Of a DNA stretch of 64,000 bases, positions 35,866-48,300 are shown piece after piece; positions within the stretch are counted from its first letter, which is position 1; every line of letters begins with the position of its first letter. The DNA comes from Euglena gracilis (taxonomy: Eukaryota). Below the pieces are notes generated by a model, which made no database searches, had not been told where the DNA came from, and worked only from the letters and a program-made list of their open reading frames with translations. A program made the translations under genes and the position numbers. The DNA is taken from contig CP154954.1 in NCBI GenBank assembly GCA_039621445.1, positions 45,735,847 to 45,799,846 of the forward strand. Reading direction: 5' to 3'.

Positions 35866-38800
35866 ATGCTGAGCAAAGTGGGAAAGGGTTCATGGGAGAG
35901 CTGGCATGCAAACGTATTTCCGCCAGACCCTTCACTTTGCGTACCACCAATGGAATTACTCGTCCAAGCGGAAATCCGCATCCAAAATTTCTCCACTAAA
36001 GTTAAAATTCTCATTGACACTGGTTGTCGCATAGCACTGCTCTTTCGGTTGGGGTTGATACCGACCCCGCTCTTGGTAAGCGCCAAGAAACCGATCAAAA
36101 TTACAACCGCGGATAACACCCCCATGTGTGGTGGTGATTTGGGATGTGTGCTCGAGATACTCTTGCCCATCATTCCGAAGCATCACTCACAACCCCCACA
36201 ATTACAACATTTCACCAATATTTGGGGTTACGAGTCCGGAATTCACGGGTCTGACGTAATCTTGGGATACCCATTTTTACGCCAGTACCGATTGGTTGTG
36301 GATTGCCACTCCCACGGTTTGCGCACAGCACCCACCACTTCATTGACACCCAAACCACCATCACCGTTGTCATCCACTATGATGACCACCGCTTTGCCCA
36401 CACCGTTACCCACAATGGCAACACCGTTACCCACCACACCAACAACCGTTTTCCACACCCGGGGTACGGAGAAAGCCTCCCCCCTGCCCAATGACACACC
36501 AACATGCGTTCCACATGAGGCAGGGCAAGCGAGTAGCGGTACCCCCACCGTTCCACTGGGTTACAAGACGAAAGCCCAAAGGCCTGAAGTAATTACGGTG
36601 TCGAGTAGTCGCCCAGCTACACCACCACTCCGTTTCCCACCAGTTGTGCCGAATCCAGGCACACCTGTACAAGACTCACCGGCTAATGCCATCGACACCC
36701 ACTTTCACGCACACCCGTCACACCATCACACTTCCTTCCAATGTGTGCACTGCAGGAGAATTTCCACCCAATCGGATTTCGATTGTGGATGTTTAGTTCA
36801 AAATCCGACACTAATCGCAATTCCGAAAACGGAATCCACCACCCATGATACACTTGGTTGTAGCCCGCAATGCGCGGAGATACACCGAGTACTCCAACAA
36901 CGCGGATTAGCCTCGTTGTTCGGAACCGCGAAAAGCGCGATTCCTAATTACAATCGCGATCACCCTTGGTACGGATTTGATGCGGAATGGGGAAACCCCC
37001 AACCTGTCCAAACTCCCTTGGGATCAACCCTTGTGGTAGTGGAAGACAGCCCGCATGTTTGTGGATCCATTCATTGTGTTTCTACCCTTCAACCCGAAAA
37101 TCGGGTGCATGAATACGCGAAACGCGTATGGAATGCTTTCAATTTCGGTCAATATCGCATTTTGGAACGATGGTTTTCCAAAATCGCGACATTGGCAGAT
37201 TCTTTTGATTTGGCATTGGAAATCGATGCCTTCTCATCCAATGCACATGCCCGTTTGCCACGTCATTGGTCACAACACTCCAACGCATTTGATAAATTTT
37301 GGGGTGATACGGTGTTATGGATGCACCCTCCCCCAAAACTTATCGAATGTGCGGTTGAGAAAATTCTGCGGGATGAAGCCCGTGGAGTTATTCTCATACC
37401 CATCATTCCGGAAGCGGAATGGTTCACCCAACTATCGTATGTATGTTTTCATTGGTGGGATTTACCCACTAATGTACCGATTTTTGAGGATTTTTGTGGT
37501 AAAATATTACCACCCTTGCAAGAAATCATTTTTCGCGTATGTTTCTTCGATGCATTCGGAATATCCGAATTCGCGGTGCCGAGGAAGCTCGGTAGCCCCA
37601 GGGATACCCTGGCGGTTTCCGCAGTCATCGAGAGTGCAGGTCAGCATCCTAAATCAGCCGAATTCTGTTCGCGGATTACCCGCGAATTCCACGGTGTGCT
37701 GGAAAATCCAGTATACGCGTGCGACATCGACCCCGCGATACGCGGTCCGTTCGGTGTTTGTAAGATCGAGCTTAAGGATGGAGCAAAGCCAATGCACCGG
37801 AAATTTTTTCGTTGTTCGGGAGAACGCGAACAAGCTCTCAATGAAATGATTGAGAAGCTTATTCAGCGCAAGTGGATTGTACCCTCGAAAAGCGAGTGGA
37901 CATCCCAGGCATTTGTTGTTCCTAAACCCCCAGACCCCTCAGGTCAGAAGAAATGGAGGCTGGTGCTGGATTACCGGTACCTGAACTCCCAAACAAGGGA
38001 TGATCCCTTCCCGCTCCCCCTTGATCGAGGATTTGATCACCAAACAATCGGAAAACCGGTTGTGGTCAATTTTCGATCTGGAGGACGGTTTTCACCAAAT
38101 GCACTTACACCCTGACTCCCAACCATACACGGCATTCGTGACATCCAAGGGTGTGTACCAATGGACGGTACTCCCCATGGGTGTTAAGAATGGCCCAGCC
38201 ATGTTTCAGCGCATGATACAATGGGTTCTACGCGATTTACCGTTTGCCATTGTGTACATTGATGATGTGCTGGTGGGAACACCACCACCATCCGCACAAT
38301 CGAGCGAGGATATCCTCGTCACACACTTCCACCATGTTTGTGCGGTATTAACCGCTTTTCAAAAACATGTGCTTTTCGCGAAAGGCGCAAAAATGCATTT
38401 GTTTCGGATTCTCATAAAATTTTGCGGGCACATCCTCAGCAATGGACAGCGGAAAGCCGCTCCGAGTAAACTCGAAGCCATTAAGAAATGGACCCCTGAG
38501 GTAATCAAAACGATTACTCACCTCAAAGGATTTTTGGGATTAGCCCAATACTACGCGATTTATATGAAGGACTTCGCGAAAATCGCGGTGCCCCTCACCA
38601 AACAGCTCAAAAACCGGGCTGTTGACAACACCAAAGTCATTTGGGATGCCCAAATGCGCGAGGCCCTTGAGAAAATCAAGGTTTTGCTTTTGGAGAATGT
38701 TGTCCTCGAAATCGCGGACCCGTACAAACCATACGTGTTGGAAGTCGACAGCAGCGATTACGCTGTTGGCGGAGTTCTTAGCCAGCATAATGCGGCGAAT

Positions 38801-40813
38801 GAGCTCCGACCTGTGGCTTTCTTCAGCAGAAAGTTACAGGGCGACGATGGAAAAGGGCAAGTCAAATGGAGTATACGCGAGAAGGAAACCTACGCAATCG
38901 TGCTTATACTCCAGAAATTCCGAAGCTGGGTAGCCAGCAGCCTCGTCCAGATCCTCGTCAAGACCGACCATGAGAGTCTCCAACACTGGTACACCGAGGA
39001 TTTGAACAAGGCCATGTCATCGGTCGGAAGGCGATGCAGATGGCATGAGTTCTTGAGTCAATTCAACCTTGTGGTTATCTATACCCCTGGTCACACACAA
39101 AAAGTAGCGGATCCGCTCAGTCGGGCCCCTTGGTATTACCCTGGGAACCCGGATGAGGGAGACGCGACTTTTCATGGAAGTCAGGAAGCTGACGACTACG
39201 CACGTCGAAACGACGCTGCGGATAATCTTTTGGATTCTTTTCCCGTTTCACAACTATTCCTGGTCGCACCAGTGCGAGGAAGGCGCCGACGTGGAAGCAC
39301 GTCCGGGCCCCGGCGTATTACGCGCACGGAGTCCCCTTCTCCACTGTTCTTTCGCGAATGGGATTATAGTCGTGATCCGGTGTATGACACCATTGTCACC
39401 AGACTTCGTAATGGCGAAGTGCTGGACAATTACACTCTTTCACCTTTACGGTTGGTTTTTCGCAATGAATCGGGTTACAAATATTGTATCCCCCAGGACC
39501 TGGTTGATGATGTGATTTTGTGTTATCACAACCATGGTCACCCTGGGGCCCCCAAACTTCTTTCGTTGGTGGGCCGCAGGTACTGTACAACCCTGAACGA
39601 AAAAGAGCTTTACTCACGCTGTTTGCGAATAGCGCAACGGTGTCAAATTTGTCAAGCGGTAAAACCCCGCAGAGGTACCCCCCCTGGTACGATGGACTTT
39701 TTTCCCGTACCCCCTGACATTTTTACATCCCTCTGCATGGATTTTCTGGAATTAGAACCGTGCAAAGGAACAGACGACAAAATTTACGATTACGTTTTTG
39801 TTGTCGTCTGCAGGCTGAGTGGGTACATTGTAGCCATTCCATGCCAGAAGTCAGGGTTGACTGCCCAAAGTTTGGCAACTATATTTTTGGAGAAATGTAT
39901 TTGCTTGATGGGTTTACCGAATGAAATCGTGAGTGATCAAGACCATTTGATTTCTTCAAGGTTTTTCACCACTTTGTGCGGTTTACTCGGAATCGAGCAA
40001 CATTTTTCCATTATATACCGACCCAAAGGCAATGGTAGAGCCGAGGCAGCCGTGAAATCCGTCGTGAATATGCTTCGCCTTTCACTGGCTGACTCGCGCA
40101 GCAACTGGATATCAGTTCTACCATGGTCTTTGTTTTATATCAATACCCTACCAGGGTTGGTTTTACCTCACTCCCCCTATAAATTAGTTTTCGGACGGGA
40201 CCCTCCGGCCATAGGGGATGTCCCTTCGGAGAGACCCGCCCGAACGAGTGTCAGTTGCGAGACCTGGTTTGCGGAAGTAGAAAATCTACGTTCTGCAGTC
40301 CAGAAGCGCGTCACTGATATTCATGCAGCAAAACGGAAATCGTTTTTGCAGAATTTCAAGTCACCTGTTTACAGTCCCGGTGACCGCGTGTGGGTACGGA
40401 ATAGCCGTACTCGCATGCAGTCTTCCAAGCTGGACCCCCTCTGGCTCGGCCCCTGTGAAATCCTAGAAAGACTAGGTACCAGCGGGCGTTACAAGGTTGC
40501 ATTACCGAATGGTGTTGAGGACGTTCATATGGACGACTTCAAACCATACCTGTCGCCACCGGATGGGAAACCCATCCCGTGTTTGCACTTCAAACCCCGT
40601 TCCAGATTACCTGAGACGGACGACTTTGTAGTCGATAAAATTATCGATCACAAAATCGACAAAGGTATGCACCTTTGGAAGGTCCGCTGGAAAGGGTATG
40701 GGCCCGAGGAGGACACTTGGGAGCCAGCAACCAGTTTTGTTGGGTATGTCCAGCAAGATTGGAAGCTGTGGAACAAGAAACATAACATTGATGTTTCCAT
40801 GACAAGTTTTTGA
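35866..40813 (+). CDS. pol: Pol: aspartic protease, Dam-like MTase, RT, RNase H, integrase, chromodomain; one frameshift in the C-run near 38018
   Basis: ILIDTG; LDYRYLN..FPLP; LPMGVKNGP..YIDDVL; EVDSSDYAVGGVL..VAFFSRKL..TDHESL; HNHGH..CQIC; MDF..SDQD..AEA; WLGPCEI; VDKIIDH..WKVRWKGYGPEEDTWEP. Confidence 0.93.
37150..37560 (+). other. Dam-like (DIRS/phage-type) N6-adenine methyltransferase domain inside Pol
   Basis: IDAFSS-NAHARLPRHWS-NAFDKFW-LWMHPPPKLI-AVEKI-GVILIP-EWF follows the recalled DIRS MT pattern DLFA..N..LP.Y.S..DAF...W..(N/F)PP..I...L.KI...IL.P....WF. Confidence 0.72.
40625..40785 (+). other. Chromodomain at the integrase C-terminus
   Basis: FVVDKIIDHK..WKVRWKGYGPEEDTWEPATSF; aromatic-cage residues F, W and Y are present. 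Confidence 0.9.
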
Positions 40814-40834
40814 GAACGCATGGGAAACCCATGT

Positions 40835-40884
40835 TGTTTTCTCTTCTTTTTATCATTGATTCTTATCATTCTTTCTTTCCGCAG
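40835..40884 (+). promoter_or_regulatory. Candidate splice or trans-splice acceptor for ORF3
   Basis: About 50-nt pyrimidine-rich tract ending CTTTCTTTCCGCAG, with no ATG between it and the ORF3 start at 40976. Confidence 0.5.
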
Positions 40885-40975
40885 ACTTTTTACCAAATAA
40901 TACTCAAGCGGTTACCCTCACACACCTTACAACCAACAACCCAAACATCCCACCGTACCGACCCCGGGCTGTATC

Positions 40976-43900
40976 ATGCTGCCCGGCGGAAGGGAGCCAG
41001 GCGGAGGACCGCCTTACCACCCCACCACTCACCCTCAACCTGACCAGTATGCGTACCGATACGGTACGCAGCCACCTGCACGGACTGCGGCTCAGGGAAA
41101 CCCTGAAGCCAGCAGCAGTAGCAGGATGACCCAGATGCCCGCGGAAGCGCGGCCATCTCAGCCATCAGGCTCTCGTCGCCTCCCACCGTATGCGGGTGTG
41201 ATGATCCACCGCACGGCGGAGACGATGAACCGGGTTATGCGTATGAGCGCAAACCCGGCACCAGACCAACTCACACAGGCATTGTGGGATGACCACTGCC
41301 GTAAAGTTTTGACCATCGCGAATACCCCTCCAGCCCTGTGGTGTATGTGCGCCCAGGCGACGATGACCGGTCTGGTGTATTACACCGACCCGGACGCGTC
41401 GGGTTTCGCGGCAGACATTACCATGCGTGACCTGGGCGTGGAAGTCCCGCCACAGGTCGCCAGGCAGGTACCACCTGTTGGCACTTACACTGCACATTTT
41501 CGTGCTCACTCCCCCGGATTACCCGAGGAAGAGACGGTGGAAGCACCTGTCCGGAGTGAACACCCACGTGTAAAAGAAAGCATTTTTCGATCCCCTGAGC
41601 GCGTGCCCCGGCGGGATTATCCTGCGCAGGAGCCTGTGTCTCAGTATACCGTCTCTGGGGATTACCCCCAGCAGGCGCCAATGCCACGGGATCAGTACGT
41701 ATATCCACCTCAACCCCACCCAACCATACCTGACCCTATCCCACGACGTCCTGCGGAGGGAAATCCTCCCCCGACGTCTGACTCTGCCCGAAGCGCTCGT
41801 CCGCGGGAAGCCGCGACAGCGCCTCGTGCGGCACCAGTTCCCCCGGCACGGGATGAACCCGTTAACCCGTGGACTGGTCGGCCGTTCGAGACTGAGGAGG
41901 ACCGTCAACAGTATGAATATGCTGTGACGATCCAACGACAAATCGCACGTCGCCCCCCTGTTTCCGCTGGCCAGGGATACCCTGCCCGGGCGGAAATGAC
42001 ACGGGAAGAGCGCCAGCAGTATGATGCTGCTGTGTCGGCTCTCACAGGAGTGCCAGCTCCATCACGGTCAAGTCAACCAGCGCAACAGCGGGACGTGGCT
42101 GTGGCGGAAGCGCCACCAACACGACCCACAAGCTCTGCCGCCGGCAAACGTGACCGCGGCCCGGAAAATCTGACGCCGCAGCCACAACGCCGCTCGCCGA
42201 GGTCGGAAAATCCGCCCGCGGCGATGCGCGTCGACGCTGAGGAGGAAGCTCCGCCAGCGCCCGACGTGACGGCAGAACGGGCACGTCGGGAAACCCGACC
42301 ATCCCCAGTCGCACCGGTTTACTCGAATCGTGGTGATGCTGAGCAGGAATTTGCTCGAACACCAAGCACGGAATCCGTGACTTATCCTGTGTATACAGAA
42401 GAAGACCCAGAATACTGGGAATATTGGGACCCATATCGGGCGACGATAGAATGGCTGTCCAACACGAAGGGCAAGGGTAAAGGAAAAGGCAAGGGTAAGG
42501 GTAAAGGTAAAGGCCAGGAGAAAGGTGGGAAAGCCCCATCTGGGAAAGGCGGAAAACCCGCTGGACCACCTCCAGGCAAAGGCGGAAAATCTGCCGGACC
42601 CCCAGCAGGAAAAGGCGGAAAAGCCGCCGAACCTTCGAAAACGAAGGATTACGACGCTGACCAGCTGTTCGATTACCTGGATGAAATCTGGCCGAAAATC
42701 GACCAGGATCTCGAAAAGTACACGCGTGCTGGCAACGTGATCCACCGACCACCGGAAGCGGTGCTCGCAGTGGTGCAGGATCGTATGCACGATCACTGCA
42801 AACGATTCATCTACAGTACCGAACTTCATCCGTTTGAGGGATACCCTCATTCGGATGAAATGGTCCTGGACCAGATGTCTGGTTTCTGGGAACTCTGGTT
42901 CTGGTTGGGATATCCCTGCCAGAACTTTGGCATTTTCACCGACCGAAACGGTCTGACATACATCGATTGTTTGAACACATGTGAAGACGATGAAACATTC
43001 GTAGCACAGTTGAAGGAAATCTTCAACCACATGTATTCCGTCAGCGCACTGGGAATCCAGTGGAAATATTACCCCCTGCCGGAGAAACTCCAGGCGCAGG
43101 CTGCGGTAATGTTCACAAACAACCTCCAAGTATTCTTGGACAGCATGTATGGCATGCTGTTCAAGGTACTGGACGTGGACCTCGCCTACCCTCAACGATA
43201 CAAACTGGAATGCCGGTTTTGCAAGGAAGTCCACATTGTTGACTTCTGGGGTTTTGGGGAGCGCGGAAAACCGCCTCCGACTGCCGAGAATGCCGGCAGC
43301 CCACCGACCAGGAGATTCCTCCTGCACCAGTGCCGGAAACCCCAGATCGGAACGCAAGACCGGAAGGTGCTGAAACAGCACCGGCAGAAAATATTTCTGC
43401 TCCAACAATACTGGCACAGGGCGTGGATTACCTACGTCCTGGAAGTATATATATTTCCTGGAACAGATGACCACCGATGTGGATATCCACAGGAAGTGGA
43501 TACCTCGGGGATACACCGAGGTAGATGCCAGACCGTATGATCCAGACCGACGCAGGATAAACCTGCGGCCGGACTGGACGGGGGCAGAAATCGGCCTCCG
43601 GGAACACCTGCAGAGCCAGTTCGGGGAAATCCTGGACTGGCAGGAGTTCGAAGTGTTCTTCGCTCCCCGCGAGCTAACCCAACCTCGCTACGCAGTACCA
43701 CTGCCAGCTTTCCTGGAAGAAACGGGAGAGTACGGTATGGGTGAGACTCGTCGATCGCAGTGGGAAGACCTCTGCCTGATCAACGAGGATGAGCCTCAAC
43801 CTCCACCCGGAAGCTGGGTGCGAGCGTCGTGGCCACCTCCATACCCCAACTCTGACAGGAGTGAAAGTATTAGCTTTTTCCGCCTGTCAAATGCCCAAGG

Positions 43901-46418
43901 GTGCTACAGAAGCAGGGAAGACCCGCGTTCTGCAGCCCAACTACACACAGAGGAGTCCCCTCTGGAAGCGGAGGAGACAGGAGAAGCGGTCCCAATGGCC
44001 GAGGATGAACCTCTGCCTGCGGAACCCCCGGCACGGGAAACCCGTAGCCCGTCGGTCGTGATGCTGGACACTGTGGCGGAAACCGCCCAGCGCCCAGGAT
44101 CACCGAGAGGTGAACTGACGCCTGTCCCACTGTCACCATCCTCGCTGGGTACGCCTGGCGGACCGACCCCTCCGCGGGAAAACCCGCCGGAGACGGTAAC
44201 CCCTACGCCTGAGGTATTACGCCTCAAGCTTCCTGTCCCCGGGGAAATCCCGACGACAGAGGAGCCAGTGGAGGAGCCCACTTCAGGGGAAGGACCTGAA
44301 CGGCGCCCCTCACTGGGCGGACGTGTACTCGGCGGTTTGCGATCACTGATCGCAGTTGTCACACCACGTGGCACTGCGGCTAGTTCTTCCACTGCTGTGG
44401 CGGAAACGGCCCAGCCAGCGGACGAAACAACTGAAGCTGCAGCCATGGAGGAGGATGAACTTCCCCCAATAGCCGCGCCACCGTCGGTGTCGGAAACGAC
44501 ACGGACGGAGGGCGAACCAACGGCAATGTCAGTGGTGACAACGCTACCCGTGCCAGTGCAGGATGAACCTGCATCAGCACCGGTAGCGACATCAGAGGCA
44601 CGGGATGAGCCCGTAGCTCCACACACATCGGCCACTGCACCGAAGCGTGCGGACACACGGACACCGGCACCTGAAAAACAGGCTGCACGGACATCCATGC
44701 CCCCACCACAAACTCAGCCAACGCGGAGTGCAGCGGCGACGCCCACACCCACACCGTCCCCCAAGGCTGCTCCTGGGAAACCCACGAGCGCAGCGAAAGA
44801 ACGCGTAGGGCGACCCTCAGCTCGGGAAACCCCTGCTGAAGGTCAACGACGCTCGGTGTCGGGGAAAAGACCCCCGGCCCAGCCGTCACCACGCACCTGG
44901 TCAAGCAAGCGTGACGCCGAACGGCGACCCTCGGATGCTCCGGAAAGCGGAAGTCCGAAGGCCCCGGCCAAATCAAAACCCGGTGCCGCGCCTTGCAAAC
45001 CCTCACCTAAGACAGGTGATCAGCCCCCACCGAAAGGCGGTGGTGGTGCTGGAGGCCAGGGTGCATCTTCTTCTCGAGGATCAGCCTCGGGAGGAGGATT
45101 CACACAGGTCACATCATCCGGCTATGGGAAAACCTCACCGCCGGAACCACCTACGAAGGGGCAGGGAAAATCCCGCGCCTCTACAATTACGACACCTTCG
45201 GAAGGCGAAGTTGTCATCGACTGGAATGCGATGACTCAGGATGATCCTGAGACTCATGACCTGAAAAACAGGTACATGATGATCGAACACAAGCTGCGAA
45301 CAGACCAATGTCTTAATCGGTGGATTGAACCACTGTTCTGTCAAGGACGGAAATGGTCCTTTGACCAGAATGTCACCTGGAATTATTACAATTCCAGATC
45401 ACCACGTGTTTTGGCCCAATACTTTGGCGAGGAATTCCTCGTCGACAGCACATCGGAAAACCGATTTGTGTGGCTTTGCACTGTTTGCCACAGGATGTAC
45501 AACAGTGCTCCTGACTTGGGATTACCCCTCGTCCATGTGTGCAACCCTGTGGAGCGGAAATCGTTCCACAAGGATATGTACATACCCAACTGTGCCGCCT
45601 TGGTATGCGCCAAGTGCGTGGACAGTTGGACCCACAAGCACAATTTTAGCTACACGGACCGAGATGGTACGAATGTACCAGTACTCTGCGTCAACTGCCT
45701 GCGAGGTACCTTCTGGCACACTGCGGAAGGCGCAGTTCGCACAATCGTGCCGAGTGCCGAGAAGCCACTGGAGGAATACTCCACCTTGAACAAAAAGTTC
45801 AAGGACTTCTTCAAGTATGCCAACCTCAAGCTGGACGACTACCGCCACACGGGAATGGCCCGTGGGTGGCAGATCGACAGTGGGGCGATACGCCTCGCTG
45901 CTGAGGAGGCAGGGGTAAGATTACCTTACCTCTGGGAGACAGCAGACAGGGAAAAGATACTTTTCCGCCTGTTCACAACCCAGGACCGAAACGGTCGCTG
46001 GTGCCTACCACAATGGCCGCCCGAAAAACACGGGATGACCTGGAAGGACTGGCTAGGGGCCGTATTGCGACCCCATACCGTCCGGGCGGAATGCGCCTAT
46101 CACGTTCCCATTGACTTCCACCCGGGGAATGCCCCGCAGGTGTCAGCCAACCACCCTCGGAGAAACTACTTCATCTGGCCAGCGACTTTGCCCAGGAAAT
46201 TCTGGGAGAAGCTGCAGTGGTTTCTCGCGGAAAGAGCGAGTGCCACCAAGCAGACAGTACCCGAAGGATGGGTTCGGGACTGGATCGCACCTGATTTCGA
46301 CTATGACTCGCCAGAAACCTGGCTTGTCGACAGGCCACAGCCACCACAATTCCAGATGGTCCTTGTGGAAGATCCCTTGGACTCCCGCCATGACTATTGG
46401 CGGCTGGAGCGGATGTAA
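40976..46418 (+). CDS. ORF3 of element 2, unknown function, ~1810 aa if the 854-aa and 983-aa ORFs are joined near 43455
   Basis: Removing one T from ATATTTCCTGGAACAGATG gives YIFLEQMTTDV and fuses the ORFs; the C-terminus is homologous to 63323-64000. Confidence 0.8.
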
Positions 46419-48300
46419 TGCCGAAACGGCATTACCAAGCCCATGTAAGGTAAGCGCCTTCATGGAGCTCATACACTATATATATATATACACTGGAAGC
46501 GGAAATCGCTAAACAGCCCTGGGATGAACCTGGGTCTGTGTCCCTCAGCGCTATGGATGGAAGCATCCAAGAGCCCCCCCCCCCCAACCCATTATACCAG
46601 TGACCATGCGGACGGAAACCGTCTGCGGGAGGTAATCGCCTCTTATTGCGTCGTGAAGGAGCTACTGCTGTGAAGACCTTGGCAGCCGGGAAACCTGGCA
46701 AGCCGCTAAGTGACGCACAGCACACAGCGCGCACGCCGTAATAATAGGCCAACTTGTCACTTTTCGGCCCTAAGGCCCTTAAGGCTGCCAGACAGCAAAA
46801 ATTCTGTTCTGGCCTAAGCCAGCCCCCCTCTCCTCCCTACTTTCCCCCCACCCCCGCAAAGCTGTCGCCGGCAGTCGGTTTTGTAAGTAGGCTTTTGTTT
46901 CCTAGTGCGGATATGACCGCCTAGGAGCCTTATCCGGGTATGACCAGGATAAGAGCCTGCCCCCCCCCTTCCACACCTCTCCCTTGGGTTTTCAGCGAAT
47001 CGCTTGACCAACCCCGCGTGCCTTTGGCACACCCAAACTGGGTGGATGGGACACTTTGTCAGGAAACCTGCCAAGCCCCGTTTCCCACAGTGGGCTTCTT
47101 CACACCCCACCTAAGCCGAAACGGCTAATAGGTAACCGCGAAACGCGGCTAACCTTTTGCGCGTTTTTGGGCTTTGGGTGGATGCCACTGTGCGGAAAGG
47201 AGAGACACCCTCCACAAATGACTTACATTTTCCCCTTTCTTTTCATCCCAAAGCCATCTGGTTTTAATTTATTTGGCGATTTCTTCTTGGTTGTGTGATT
47301 GCTTTTTCAAGTTCCGTGTGGGAGGTATCATGCATCCAATCCCGTCACAAGATATGCATTGTTTTCCACAACTTTCGATTAAAAGACGTTGGAGTAAAAG
47401 AGAATCACATACGCAGGGAAACATTCAAAGGAAAAGTTTCATCGTTTTGAAATCACCGCTTCGATTACACAATAGACATATTTATGCTACATTTGCATTC
47501 ACAAGCATTTGGGTGGTATTTTGATTTTTGTCCAACTCATTTGAAAAACCGGAATCAACTACCACTTTTTTAAAGACAAAATCAAATTGACTCGGTGAAA
47601 TCATTGAATTTGAAGAAATCATCATTTGCACTTTGAACAAAGCTTGTCGTGATCACTTTAAAGTTGAAGGTATGATCCTGCTATTGGTCCTTTTGTGTTC
47701 TTTCACGGTTTTTGCAAACCTCCGAGACCTTTTGTAAGCCAAGCAACTAAGTTTAGGAATGCACGACGAGGATATGATCATCATTTCGTAACTGATTTGA
47801 GCCTCCGGGAAAGGGACGTTCTCGTTCTGAAATAGAACATTTCAAGATACCCGAAACGTTTTACACCCAAAGTTTTGCCCATAACGTAAACTACCCAAAT
47901 GTGAATTCAGGGCTACCAAATTCTGCTATATAAAATTCACGCCTCTGAGGAGGCACAAATTAAAGTGAACACTTTTTACTTGAATGTATCAATGTTTATG
48001 CAACTTATTTGTTCAGTAAGGGACTTGAATGAATATCTCGAGCCCGCCGACATTCACAAACCCAAGTCATCACTGACAATCACCATTTAGGCTTCAAGTT
48101 ACTTTGCATGAACCTCTTTACACCTGACAGGACACCATATAAAAAAAACCATGGTTCAAGAAAGCGAAGGAAAAGCAGCTTGAGTGCGAAGGAGGAAGGG
48201 AAAAGCAGGCGCCCCGTGCCGTCCCGCCCTTGCGCCAGAGGCGCAAGGGCGGGACATGCACGGGACCTACATGTCTATCGTCATACCATCACTGGGTGAG

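Noticed and set aside
32885-43460. Programmed frameshifts near 32890, 38018 and 43455
   Set aside because: Each is a single-base indel in a homopolymer run (element 1 gag is continuous at the first); sequencing error or recent decay is more likely.
42042-44698. Long antisense ORFs (482, 236 and 264 aa) opposite ORF3
   Set aside because: Shadow frames of GC-rich coding sequence with no recognisable motifs.
40976-46418. ORF3 as a retroviral envelope protein
   Set aside because: No visible signal peptide, furin site plus fusion peptide, or transmembrane anchor.
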